64,000 nt of DNA from Cyanophyceae cyanobacterium (GTDB taxonomy: Bacteria > Cyanobacteriota > Cyanobacteriia > Cyanobacteriales > JBHJGN01), in contig JBHJGN010000048.1 of assembly GCA_050331735.1 (NCBI GenBank), positions 1 to 64,000 of the forward strand, written 5' to 3'. The notes under the pieces were generated by a model, which saw nothing but the letters and a program-made list of their open reading frames with translations, did not search any database and was not told the DNA's origin. A program made the translations under genes and the position numbers. Positions 49,625-58,987 of the stretch are shown piece by piece (positions within the stretch are counted from its first letter, which is position 1; each line of letters opens with the position of its first letter).

Positions 49625-50116
49625 ATGGAACCGCCTTCGCCTGAATCAACAATGAACAAACTGACGGCTCAACGCCGTTCGTCCAAACTAAGTTCTTGGG
49701 GAAGTTGGCTAGCGTTGGTCCTGCTGTTTGGCTTTGCCTGTTACCTGGGAATTCAATCTCGATCTCAGCAATCGACACCAGTGCGGCAGTCAGCAGCCGA
49801 CTGTTTACCCTCCTCTAGTTCGAGAGAGCAGCAGATTGCTGAACTCAGACAGAGACAGCAGCAAGGAGACTCGGCTCAGTGTCAGCCCCTCCTCGATCAA
49901 CTGCTGTTTGGCCACGCGATCGAAACCTTGGCTAGCAACAATCAACGACAGGAAGCAGTTTTCCTGATCTGCGAGGTTTCTGATGCCTACTATCAGGCTA
50001 ACGCTAATCTGCCTCTTTACTTTAGACGGTGGTCAGAAAGTAGCGATCGCTTTCAGACGTGGCTGACGCTGTACCTGCAAACCAACACCTGTCCCGCAGC
50101 TCGCTACCTCAAGTAG
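49625..50116 (+). CDS. Hypothetical membrane-anchored protein
   Basis: Single TM segment and several Cys; family not recognised. Confidence 0.55.
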   Translation: MEPPSPESTMNKLTAQRRSSKLSSWGSWLALVLLFGFACYLGIQSRSQQSTPVRQSAADCLPSSSSREQQIAELRQRQQQGDSAQCQPLLDQLLFGHAIETLASNNQRQEAVFLICEVSDAYYQANANLPLYFRRWSESSDRFQTWLTLYLQTNTCPAARYLK

Positions 50117-50150
50117 CGCCCAGCAAGGTGGGATGGCCCACCTTAAGGAT

Positions 50151-52124
50151 CTAAGCGCCTCCTCGCAGCTTTTCTAGGACACTGCGATCTTCGAGAGTGG
50201 AGGTATCTCCGGCAACTTCTTGCCCCGCCGCTAGATTGCGTAACAGGCGACGCATGATCTTACCCGAGCGGGTTTTAGGCATCGCATCGGTAAAGCGAAT
50301 TTCCCCCGGACGGGCGATCGCTCCGATTTCGTTGGCGACGTGCTTCTTCAGGGCAGCGGCTAAGTCGTCGTTGGCGGTGTACTCTCCTTCCAACGTCACG
50401 AAGGCAAAGATCTCCTCTCCTCTAATCTCGTCGGGTTTACCAACAACCGCCGCCTCAGCAACGGCGGGATGGGAAACGAGGGCAGATTCCACCTCCATCG
50501 TGCCTAAGCGATGTCCAGAAACGTTGATCACGTCGTCAACGCGACCCATCACCCAAAAATAGCCATCGGCATCCCGTCTGGCTCCATCTCCAGCAAAGTA
50601 GAAGTGCTGCCCATCTTTAGGGGGAATATGCTCCCAGTAGGTACGCCGGAAGCGGTCAGGGTCGCCGTAAACCGTGCGCATCATTCCGGGCCAAGGATGC
50701 TTAATGACCAGGTATCCTCCCTGATTGGCCTCCACCGGATTGCCCTCTAAATCGACAACCTCTGCATCGATGCCGGGAAACGGATAGGTCGCAGAACCGG
50801 GTTTGGTCGAAATGGCTCCCGGGAGAGGAGTTAGCATAAAGCCGCCTGTTTCGGTTTGCCACCAGGTATCGACAATCGGACAGCGCTCGCCGCCGATGAC
50901 GCGATGATACCAGACCCACGCTTCGGGATTAATGGGTTCTCCAACCGTTCCCAGCAGCCGCAGCGAAGACAAATCGCGGGCTTGAGGGTGCTGTTCTCCC
51001 AGCTTAATAAAGGCGCGAATGGCGGTGGGAGCTGTGTAAAAGATATTGACCCCGTATTTTTCGACCACATCCCAGAAACAACCCGGATTGGAAGGGCGGG
51101 GAACGCCTTCATACATGAGGCTCGTTGCGCCATTGGAGAGGGGACCGTAGACGATGTAGCTGTGTCCGGTGATCCAGCCCACATCTGCCGTACACCAGTA
51201 AACATCGGTATCTTTGAGGTCAAACGTCCACTTGAGGGTGATGTGGGTGTAGAGATTGTAGCCTCCGGTCGTGTGAACGACTCCTTTTGGCTTTCCGGTC
51301 GTGCCGCTGGTGTAGAGAATAAACAGCATATCTTCGCTGTCCATCGGTTCGGCAGGGCAATCGGCAGAGGCTCCTGGCTGGAGGTCGTGCCACCAATGGT
51401 CGCGTCCAGAGTGCATGTCAATGTCTTGCTTGGTGCGCTCTACGACGAGCACATTCTCGACGCTAGGAACGCCATCGTTGGCTAGAGCGCGATCGACCTG
51501 TTCTTTGAGGGCAATGGTTTTATCTTTGCGAAAGCCGCCATCAGCGGTCACTACCAGCTTAGCCTCGGCATCAACGAGGCGATCTTTGAGCGCCTCAGCA
51601 CTGAAGCCGCCAAACACAACCGTATGCGGAGCGCCAATTCTGGCACAGGCCAGCATGGCGATCGCTGCTTCGGGAATCATCGGCATGTAAATGCCGACGC
51701 GATCGCCTTTCTGTACGCCAAGCTGCTTGAAAACGTTGGCCATCTGACAAACTTCCCGGTGCAGTTGGGCATAGGTGAGGGTGCGGGAGTCTCCTGGTTC
51801 TCCTTCCCAGATCAGCGCGGCTTTGTTTCTACGCCAGGTCGTCAAGTGCCTATCGAGGCAGTTGTAAGAGATATTAATTTTACCGCCGACAAACCACTTG
51901 GCAAAAGGCGGCTGCCAGTCGAGAACCTGATGCCATTTTTCAAACCAGTGCAGTTCCTGCTCAGCCAATTCTGCCCAAAACTGCTGCGGATCGGCCAGAG
52001 AACGACGATATAATTCCTGGTATTCTGCGAGGCTTTTAATGCGGGCCTGCTCCTGAAACTCAGCAGGAGGAGGAAATAACCGTTTTTCCTTGAGGACTGA
52101 CTCAATCGTTTGCTGTGACACCAT
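50151..52124 (-). CDS. acs: Acetyl-CoA synthetase
   Basis: [46 protein letters not shown]. Confidence 0.97.
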   Translation of the reverse strand: MVSQQTIESVLKEKRLFPPPAEFQEQARIKSLAEYQELYRRSLADPQQFWAELAEQELHWFEKWHQVLDWQPPFAKWFVGGKINISYNCLDRHLTTWRRNKAALIWEGEPGDSRTLTYAQLHREVCQMANVFKQLGVQKGDRVGIYMPMIPEAAIAMLACARIGAPHTVVFGGFSAEALKDRLVDAEAKLVVTADGGFRKDKTIALKEQVDRALANDGVPSVENVLVVERTKQDIDMHSGRDHWWHDLQPGASADCPAEPMDSEDMLFILYTSGTTGKPKGVVHTTGGYNLYTHITLKWTFDLKDTDVYWCTADVGWITGHSYIVYGPLSNGATSLMYEGVPRPSNPGCFWDVVEKYGVNIFYTAPTAIRAFIKLGEQHPQARDLSSLRLLGTVGEPINPEAWVWYHRVIGGERCPIVDTWWQTETGGFMLTPLPGAISTKPGSATYPFPGIDAEVVDLEGNPVEANQGGYLVIKHPWPGMMRTVYGDPDRFRRTYWEHIPPKDGQHFYFAGDGARRDADGYFWVMGRVDDVINVSGHRLGTMEVESALVSHPAVAEAAVVGKPDEIRGEEIFAFVTLEGEYTANDDLAAALKKHVANEIGAIARPGEIRFTDAMPKTRSGKIMRRLLRNLAAGQEVAGDTSTLEDRSVLEKLRGGA

Positions 52125-52449
52125 AATTTTTTCTACTCATTCTGTTTGACGATTGTCCCAGAGATTTTTGAGTTGAATAAAGCACCGCCGGAATTATTTA
52201 ATGATTTTTATTAATGATAGATAGAGGTTTGGAGTGCTTCTGATTGGGTGAAACGGTTTTAAATTCTAGCAGTTTGTCCTTTGATGTCCTGGTTTACAAT
52301 CTAGCTGCCGATTCTACGTTCTGTTGAGAAGGTGGAACGAGACAATGGGTTTTATCCGGCACAGATGGGAATCTATTAAGCTTTGGTGATGCTGACTGAA
52401 GGCGATCGCTTTTAGTCAAAGTTTTTGCCGAAAGTCTTCTGTGAAAAGC

Positions 52450-52479
52450 TTGACAATTCTATCTACCTACTAGTATGAT
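52450..52479 (+). promoter_or_regulatory. Promoter with overlapping TetR-like operator
   Basis: TTGACA-N18-TATGAT; imperfect palindrome TACCTACTAGTATGAT (52464-52479), recurring at 53122. Confidence 0.6.
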
Positions 52480-52485
52480 AAAATC

Positions 52486-53058
52486 ATGAATTCAACTAAA
52501 ACTCAGATTCTCGACGTAGCCCAAGAACTTATTCAAAAAGTCGGACTCAACGCGATGAGTTACGCTGACATCAGCAGAGCTGTCGATATTCGTAAAGCTA
52601 GCATTCACTATCATTTCCCTACCAAAGAGAAATTAGTTGCTGCCTTGCTCGATCGCTATAGTGCTGATTTTTTCAGATTGGTAGATTCAATCTTGAAAAT
52701 TTCGGAGTCGGCTGAAGTTAAGCTGCGTCGTTACTGCGGTTTGTTTGAAGCCACTCTTAGCAGCGGAAAGCAGGATAAAGCCTGTCTGTGCGGGATGTTG
52801 GGAGCAGAATTAAAAACTCTCGAATTTCCACTAACAGAGCAGGTTTCTCGGTTTTATCAAGGTAATCAAGTTCGGTTGATAAAACTTCTTCAGGAAGGAC
52901 AGGAAACAGGAGAGTTCAAGTTCCCCGGTCAAACAGAAGCGATGGCTCTTCTACTCTTTTCCTCCCTAGAGGGTGGACTCCTTATTGCCAGAGCTGATGG
53001 TGGTGTTAATCAATTTCGCAGTATTGTCGAGCAACTAATACAGATTGTCAGGGGCTGA
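52486..53058 (+). CDS. TetR/AcrR family regulator (NemR/LmrA-like)
   Basis: SYADISRAVDIRKASIHYHFPTKE HTH; ACLCGML. Confidence 0.92.
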   Translation: MNSTKTQILDVAQELIQKVGLNAMSYADISRAVDIRKASIHYHFPTKEKLVAALLDRYSADFFRLVDSILKISESAEVKLRRYCGLFEATLSSGKQDKACLCGMLGAELKTLEFPLTEQVSRFYQGNQVRLIKLLQEGQETGEFKFPGQTEAMALLLFSSLEGGLLIARADGGVNQFRSIVEQLIQIVRG

Positions 53059-53121
53059 TTCCGGGTTTTGATGCAGGGGTTTGTGCGTCCCGTCGGAAGA
53101 TAGTTTTTTTTGCTTTTTGCC

Positions 53122-53137
53122 TACCTACTAATAGATA
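53122..53137 (+). promoter_or_regulatory. Second TetR-like operator, upstream of the SDR gene
   Basis: TACCTACTAATAGATA resembles the box at 52464. Confidence 0.55.
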
Positions 53138-53155
53138 AACATAGAGGATTTGAAG

Positions 53156-53932
53156 ATGGAATTTCAAGAGCGAGTCGTTTTGGTTACTGGTGGTGGCACA
53201 GGTATTGGCCAAGAAACAGCAAAGAGTTTCTTGGCCCAAGGAGCTAACGTCGTTATTAACGGTCGCCGTCAAGAGGTGCTAACGGCTACAGCTAGAGAAC
53301 TCGATACGACGGGACAACGAATAGCAATTGTGTCTGGTGATATCGGTCAGCTAGAAACGGCTCACAGGCTAGTTAATACGGCTTGCGATCGCTTTGGAGG
53401 AGTAGATATTCTCATTAACAATGCTGGGATTTTTAATCCTACTCCGTTTTTAGACCATACAGAAGCAGATTTTGACCGCTATATCAATATTATTCTCAAA
53501 GGAACTTTCTTCCTCACTCAAGCAGCCGTGCCAGAAATACTTCAGCGAGGACAAGGGGCCATCGTTAACGTTGGTTCGATGTGGGCCACTCAGGCCATTG
53601 GAGCTACTCCTTCAAGTGCTTACTCGGCTGCTAAAGCGGGTGTCCACGCTTTGACTCGTAACTTGGCGATCGAACTAGCTGCTCAAAATATTCGAGTTAA
53701 TACTGTTGCTCCTGCTGTAGTAGAAACCCCAGTCTACAACACCTTTATGTCTTCAGAACAAGTACAAGAGGTGCTGCCCACATTTGACAGTTTTCATCCC
53801 CTCGGACGTAACGGACAGCCTACTGACGTAGTAGAAGCCATCCTCTATCTAGCCAGCGATCGCGCTAGTTGGATTACAGGGGCAATTCTTCCCGTTGATG
53901 GAGGAGTAACGGCGGGTCGTCAAGCAGCTTAA
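53156..53932 (+). CDS. Short-chain dehydrogenase/reductase
   Basis: TGGGTGIG, NNAG, YSAAK, IRVNTVAP, VDGG. Confidence 0.93.
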   Translation: MEFQERVVLVTGGGTGIGQETAKSFLAQGANVVINGRRQEVLTATARELDTTGQRIAIVSGDIGQLETAHRLVNTACDRFGGVDILINNAGIFNPTPFLDHTEADFDRYINIILKGTFFLTQAAVPEILQRGQGAIVNVGSMWATQAIGATPSSAYSAAKAGVHALTRNLAIELAAQNIRVNTVAPAVVETPVYNTFMSSEQVQEVLPTFDSFHPLGRNGQPTDVVEAILYLASDRASWITGAILPVDGGVTAGRQAA

Positions 53933-53947
53933 AGACAACCAGAAATG

Positions 53948-54268
53948 ATACCAGTTAGAAAAAGTCAGGAGAGACTTGGTTAATTGGGGAAAATAGTTCG
54001 GTGTCGGAACGGGGAACGGATGCCAGTTTTTCCCGGTTAACTGCCAACTCTTTGATAGTTTGGGGAACTGTCTAACTACTTTTGATCAACGGTATTGCCT
54101 GATAAGATTAATGATGTGATACCAATTGGAAAAAGTAATAGGAGACTTAATGAGTTGGGGGAAAGGGGAAGGGGTAAAGGAGAAAGGGAAGCACAGCAGC
54201 TCTTTGCCCTTGAACCTCCAATTGTTGGTTGGTTTGGGAACTATCTGACTACTTTCGGTAAATGGTAT
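53948..54268. repeat. Two tandem ~150-bp MITE-like units bounded by ATACC...GGTAT
   Basis: Units 53948-54095 and 54119-54268 share ATACCA.TT.GAAAAAGT....GAGACTT left ends and GGGAACT.TCT.ACTACTTT...GGTAT right ends. Confidence 0.65.
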
Positions 54269-54891
54269 GAGATGAAGAGTGCCTGTTTATTTTATCTCCC
54301 ACATCGAGAATTTTTTGAATCTACCAACGGGACAGTAAACTTATGAAATTCTAGAACCTACAGAGGACGGCAGTGTAACAGGCAGTGCAACAGATGTAGT
54401 AAAAACTCAATTTTTGAGTTAGTTTTTATCAAAAACACGAAGAAAGACTAATTTAGTTCGTTTATTTATCCTGGGTTGCTGAATCCCTTACGTGTCAATG
54501 ATTACAAGGCGACTCTAGAAGAATCAGTATTTCAAACATCTTTTATTTGTTTTCTCATAATATTGATGAGTTACTATCAATTTGTTTTCTGCTTCACTAC
54601 TTAAGATACACTACCCAAAATTTTTTCTGCTGACAAAACTTCTGTATTTAGGGTAAGCGCCTGTTAACCGCTATTGACAAACTGGAGGAGAACGGCAGTT
54701 ATAATAGGGCGAACAGGCAGCGAGTACCGTAGGTAAGTTAATTTAAGATGCAAAACACAGAGAGGAAAAATGGCTACAGAACTCTCTGGAAAGAGCAGTG
54801 TGGGCTAGAGTAAATAGGTGAAGCTGTGGATACTATTGGTCTGGCTTCGATTGCTCATGGTCTGTCCCCCTAGGTGCTAGGCTGATTACTT

Positions 54892-55530
54892 ATGTCTCAA
54901 ATCGTTTGGATAGCAAGACACGGAAACCGCCTTGATTTTGTTAACCCAGAATGGTTCAGTACGGCTGAGCGGCGCTACGATCCTCCTCTATCTGATGATG
55001 GCTTTATTCAGGCTCAAGAGTTAGGTCAGCGACTCAAGTCGGAATCGATTACCCATATTTTCTCCTCTCCCTTTTTAAGAACAGTGCAGACCGCAAATCA
55101 GGTTGCCGAAGCGCTAGATTTGCCCATTAAATTAGAGGCGGGACTGAGTGAATGGCATAATCCGGGATGGATGAGCGAACATCCTGAAATTTTGCCGACA
55201 GCAGAAATCCAAGCCCGGTTTCCCCGCATCGACAGTCGCTACACTTCTCGCCTTGTTCCCGAATATCCCGAAAGTAATGAAACGATGATGCTACGCATGG
55301 CTCGAACTGCGAGACAGTTGGTCAAAGAATTTACCGACGATATTTTGCTCATTGGTCATGGCGCTTCCGTTTTGGGAACGACGGTCGGACTCGTCGGCGG
55401 CAGCCCAACGGTCAATGCCTCTTTGTGCTGTTTGGTTAAGCTAGTGCGTCAAGGCAATCAGTGGGACATAGAACTAGATGGCGATACCTCTCACCTTAGT
55501 CAAAGCGAAACAGCCGTTCGCTTCAACTAA
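54892..55530 (+). CDS. Histidine phosphatase (phosphoglycerate mutase) family protein
   Basis: ARHG, SSPFLRTVQTA, IGHG. Confidence 0.92.
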   Translation: MSQIVWIARHGNRLDFVNPEWFSTAERRYDPPLSDDGFIQAQELGQRLKSESITHIFSSPFLRTVQTANQVAEALDLPIKLEAGLSEWHNPGWMSEHPEILPTAEIQARFPRIDSRYTSRLVPEYPESNETMMLRMARTARQLVKEFTDDILLIGHGASVLGTTVGLVGGSPTVNASLCCLVKLVRQGNQWDIELDGDTSHLSQSETAVRFN

Positions 55531-55533
55531 CCA

Positions 55534-56040
55534 GTGCAGATCTCCACTTATCAACCCCATTATCAAACCCAGGTTATTGAGTTAATCTCGTCGATTCAGC
55601 AAGAAGAATTTGGCGCGGCTATTACGCTGGCTGCTCAGCCAGATTTATTAGAAATTCCAAAAGTCTACCAACAGGGGAACGGAAACTTTTGGGTGGTACT
55701 CGAGGGCAAGCGCGTGATTGGAACAATTGCTGCGATTGATATGGGCGATCACCGACTGGCTTTGCGAAAAATGTTTGTGGCTGCGCCCTACCGGGGTAAA
55801 GCAACTGGCCTTGGTCAACGTCTCTTAGATACGTTGTGTCAATGGGCAAGAGCACGAAACGTCTATGAAATTTATTTGGGAACGATCGAGGCATTTAAGG
55901 CAGCCCATCGTTTTTACGAAAAGAACGGATTTACCCGAGTTGAGAAAACTAAACTTCCCATGACCTTTCCTATCATGGAGGGAGACACTCGCTTCTATCA
56001 ACTCGTTTTGTTTGATGAGCGGAGACTTCAACCCGATTAA
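55534..56040 (+). CDS. GNAT family N-acetyltransferase
   Basis: LRKMFVAAPYRG...GLGQRLL, AHRFYEKNGF. Confidence 0.9.
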   Translation: MQISTYQPHYQTQVIELISSIQQEEFGAAITLAAQPDLLEIPKVYQQGNGNFWVVLEGKRVIGTIAAIDMGDHRLALRKMFVAAPYRGKATGLGQRLLDTLCQWARARNVYEIYLGTIEAFKAAHRFYEKNGFTRVEKTKLPMTFPIMEGDTRFYQLVLFDERRLQPD

Positions 56041-56045
56041 GCAGT

Positions 56046-56495
56046 TTACTGAGCGCTGGTCACTGTTAAAATCTCCTCAAACGGCATTTCTAGAGGCACC
56101 AGCTCTTCTAAGTCGTCTTCTCGTGCAGACTTAAACAAAAAATCTTCCCTAGCTTCTGCATAACATTCATTGAGAATCGTCTCATAATACGGCTTAAGAC
56201 TAGGACTGTTTCTGAGTAGCTTGTTAATTCTTTTGCGCTGTTCTCGTACTGTTAAGTTCTAGCCGCGAGCGTTTTGTCGCCTTTCTTCTTCCGGTATCCA
56301 ATAGTGTAGACACAGCAGATGAACGAGTAAAATTGTTAAACAACGCTCAAGCTGATTTCTTTCCGCTCTTGCCAATCCTTCTACTTCCTCAATTAAGTGT
56401 TCCCAGTCAACTTGCTGAAAGCTGTGCGCTCGCAACTGGGATAAGGTGGTTTCCAGCCACAGGTAATAGTCAGTTTCGTAATCGACTTTAGGCAT
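56046..56495 (-). pseudogene. DUF29 family gene with in-frame TAG
   Basis: YETDYYLWLE...DWEHLIEEVE...NARG*NLTVREQRKRINKLLRNSPSLKPY. The frame continues past TAG (56259-56261) to TAA at 56046. Confidence 0.82.
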
Positions 56496-56603
56496 AAAAA
56501 CTCCTTGACTAACCTCAGTGATTTGATCGTACAGGATGGTGAAGAGGTGGCAGAACCAGATCAGGTTATGACTATAGACAAGCAGCGTTGCTCCTCTCCA
56601 AGA

Positions 56604-58916
56604 TTACCAAGAGACGAAGCTCGCTTCTGTGAGCGTGACGACTCCTATCAAGATTGCTAGCACTTCCTCCCCAAAGCGAATTTCCGTTCCGTCGGTGCTG
56701 GTGCTGATGGTCAATTGATAAAACTCTAGATTATCAAGAGCGATCGCATCTTCCCCTACGGCAAAATCAGTAATTGTATCGGTGCCACCTCCTGCCGCTA
56801 GCACAAAGGTATCGCTTCCTTGTCCGCCAGAGAAATTATCGCCAGTGAGAGTATCGTTGCCCGCGCCACCGCGGAGCAGATCGTCTCCGTCATCTCCCCA
56901 GAGCCAGTCGTCTCCCGCTTCGCCAAACAGCTTATCGTTGCCGCCTTTCCCGCCAAGGCGATCGCTTCCCGTTCCTCCAAAGAGAGTATCGTCCCCGCCA
57001 ACCTCCCCGCCAGGGGAGCGGCGATTCAAGTCACCCCGCAACACATCCTCACTGGCACCGCCGTGAATCTCGTCGTTGCCCAAGCCACCAGCAACTACAT
57101 CGTTACCCGCGTTGGCCAAAAATACTTCATCGCTGGCTGTCCCCACTAAAACATCGTCTCCCGGTGTTCCTGCGTCAAAAAATAGACGAGCTATGACGGG
57201 TTCGTGGTCGCTCGGGGAATCTAAAAATTCCACATTAACGTGGACAGCATCATATTCTGCTTTCCTGGCTAGGGCGTTGCTTACCAAAATGTGATCTAAC
57301 ACATCTCCTCGGCCTCGGAAACTGGAGGTATAGCGATCGCCAAGCGGTAGCGTATCGGTGAGATTGGTCAGCACTGGCTCCTCTCCTCCCTGAAGGATTT
57401 CCAGGGGAGAGACAAAGGCAAACTCATTCAGATCGCCGAGAACAATCACCTCTGTTTCCAGGCGATCTACAAAGTCTTTCACCGCCTGGGCTTGGGCTCT
57501 GCGCTCCTCCACCTGCCCATTGACCGCCGGATCTTCTAGCCGTTCAGTGGCGGGCTGAAGTTGACCGAAGAGCGGGCTGCTGCCAAATTTAGCGGTGAAG
57601 TGATTGTTGATCACCGTGATTTCTTCGCCGTTGAAGCGGAAAGTTGCCACCAACGGTAGGCGACTGTCAAAGAAGGGGTTTTCGGGATTGGTTTGCTGAT
57701 CCTGGGGCTCGACGACGGTTTGGACCGAGCCAGGAACTAGCGCGACGCGATCGCGGTTGTAGAGAAATGCGGTGCGAATGTTGCTGCCCGACCCCCCGCC
57801 GCTGGTGCGGTTACCGATGAAAGGGTGATCGATGAAGGCATAGTTGACATTGCTAATAGCGGCAATTTCATCCACCAGCCGCTGGAGGGTTTCGTTCGCC
57901 GCTGTGACATCGCTAATCTCGCCGCCGTCGTTATCTTCAATTTCTTGCAGTCCGATAATGTCGGGAGTGTTGAGGTTGTTGACAATCTGAGCGGTGATCG
58001 CCTGAAACCGACCGTCGGCAACGTCGTCATCTACGTTGAAGAAAGGACCGTCGTTATCCACTAGCTCCGGAGCTTCGGCTTTTGGATCGAGAAGCAGGAC
58101 GTTGTAGCTAGCAACGGTTAGTTGACTGTCGGTTGGAGTTAAAAGAGAGACTTCCGGGGCTAACGTGCTAGGAGCTGTTGTGAATGGCTCGGTCGCATTG
58201 ATTTCAAAAGTACTGAAGCTGTAACCCATCACGCCAGTCACGTCGCTCAGTTCGGCTCCCACCTCTACTGGTGTAAGTTCAACTGGTAGCAGATCGGCAT
58301 CGAGCTGAATTTGCAGACGTTCGGGCTGAAAGTCTGCTGCTGTGGTGACGAGAACAGCGCGATCGCCTAACCCGGTGGCGTTCTCACCGCGATCTGCAAC
58401 CACCCAAGTTTCATCAAAGCGATTGGTAGGACTGACCACGAGAGGGTCCGCAACGGTAACGCGCATGCCCTCTAGGGATTCGTAAAAGTCGAGTCCGTCT
58501 TGACTCGGATCGAAGTTGGCAAATCCATCATCGTCAATAATTTCCGTCGGCGGTGTCCGTCCGGCGGCTCCAATAACGACGGGGGCCGGAAGAGCATGAC
58601 CGCTAGAAAGAACGGTAACGGTAGGTTCGACCGCAATGTGCGTCACGGTGAGGTCCGTTAGACGATCTTCTGGTTGAAACTCCACTACGGTTCCGGAGAC
58701 GGCGACCATATCGCCCACCGCAACTGCGGCAGGGGAGACAACAAAGATGCCCTCTGAGGTGGCCTCATTACCGTCCTCAACGGGGTCTTGTAGATAGAAG
58801 CCGTTGCGGTCAACAGCGGTGACGATGCCGCGCACGTTCTCCACCGTCTGACCGACCAGGGGAGACGTATGTCCGGCTCCTTGAATGTCGCTAATGCGGA
58901 TCTCCGTCTCGCTCAT
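56604..58916 (-). CDS. Extracellular nuclease (OB-fold + EEP domain) with RTX Ca-binding repeats
   Basis: ISDIQG.GH.SP, GFYLQD, SEGIFV, ESLEGMRV, LQEI, NHF, GDLNE, LDHILVS, SDHEP; GGxGxD repeats; no Sec signal. Confidence 0.9.
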   Translation of the reverse strand: MSETEIRISDIQGAGHTSPLVGQTVENVRGIVTAVDRNGFYLQDPVEDGNEATSEGIFVVSPAAVAVGDMVAVSGTVVEFQPEDRLTDLTVTHIAVEPTVTVLSSGHALPAPVVIGAAGRTPPTEIIDDDGFANFDPSQDGLDFYESLEGMRVTVADPLVVSPTNRFDETWVVADRGENATGLGDRAVLVTTAADFQPERLQIQLDADLLPVELTPVEVGAELSDVTGVMGYSFSTFEINATEPFTTAPSTLAPEVSLLTPTDSQLTVASYNVLLLDPKAEAPELVDNDGPFFNVDDDVADGRFQAITAQIVNNLNTPDIIGLQEIEDNDGGEISDVTAANETLQRLVDEIAAISNVNYAFIDHPFIGNRTSGGGSGSNIRTAFLYNRDRVALVPGSVQTVVEPQDQQTNPENPFFDSRLPLVATFRFNGEEITVINNHFTAKFGSSPLFGQLQPATERLEDPAVNGQVEERRAQAQAVKDFVDRLETEVIVLGDLNEFAFVSPLEILQGGEEPVLTNLTDTLPLGDRYTSSFRGRGDVLDHILVSNALARKAEYDAVHVNVEFLDSPSDHEPVIARLFFDAGTPGDDVLVGTASDEVFLANAGNDVVAGGLGNDEIHGGASEDVLRGDLNRRSPGGEVGGDDTLFGGTGSDRLGGKGGNDKLFGEAGDDWLWGDDGDDLLRGGAGNDTLTGDNFSGGQGSDTFVLAAGGGTDTITDFAVGEDAIALDNLEFYQLTISTSTDGTEIRFGEEVLAILIGVVTLTEASFVSW

Positions 58917-58933
58917 TATTCTCCTCCCTGTGC

Positions 58934-58964
58934 AAAAAACTGGGAACCCTTTTGGAATTCCCAG
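58934..58964 (-). terminator. Intrinsic terminator-like hairpin between the two RTX genes
   Basis: Minus strand CTGGGAATTC-CAAAA-GGGTTCCCAG followed by TTTTTT. Confidence 0.65.
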
Positions 58965-58987
58965 CTTAGTTTCATCTCAAAGTGGCT

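Noticed and set aside
51817..51830. 14-nt match (GCGGCTTTGTTTCT) between the putative TnpB guide region (1232-1245) and the acs gene
   Set aside because: The scaffold-proximal seed bases (1227-1231) do not match, and the TnpB looks catalytically intact rather than a repressor-type derivative; most likely chance.
54674..54705. Consensus TTGACA and TATAAT as a promoter
   Set aside because: The 20-nt spacer is too long for a canonical sigma70 promoter.
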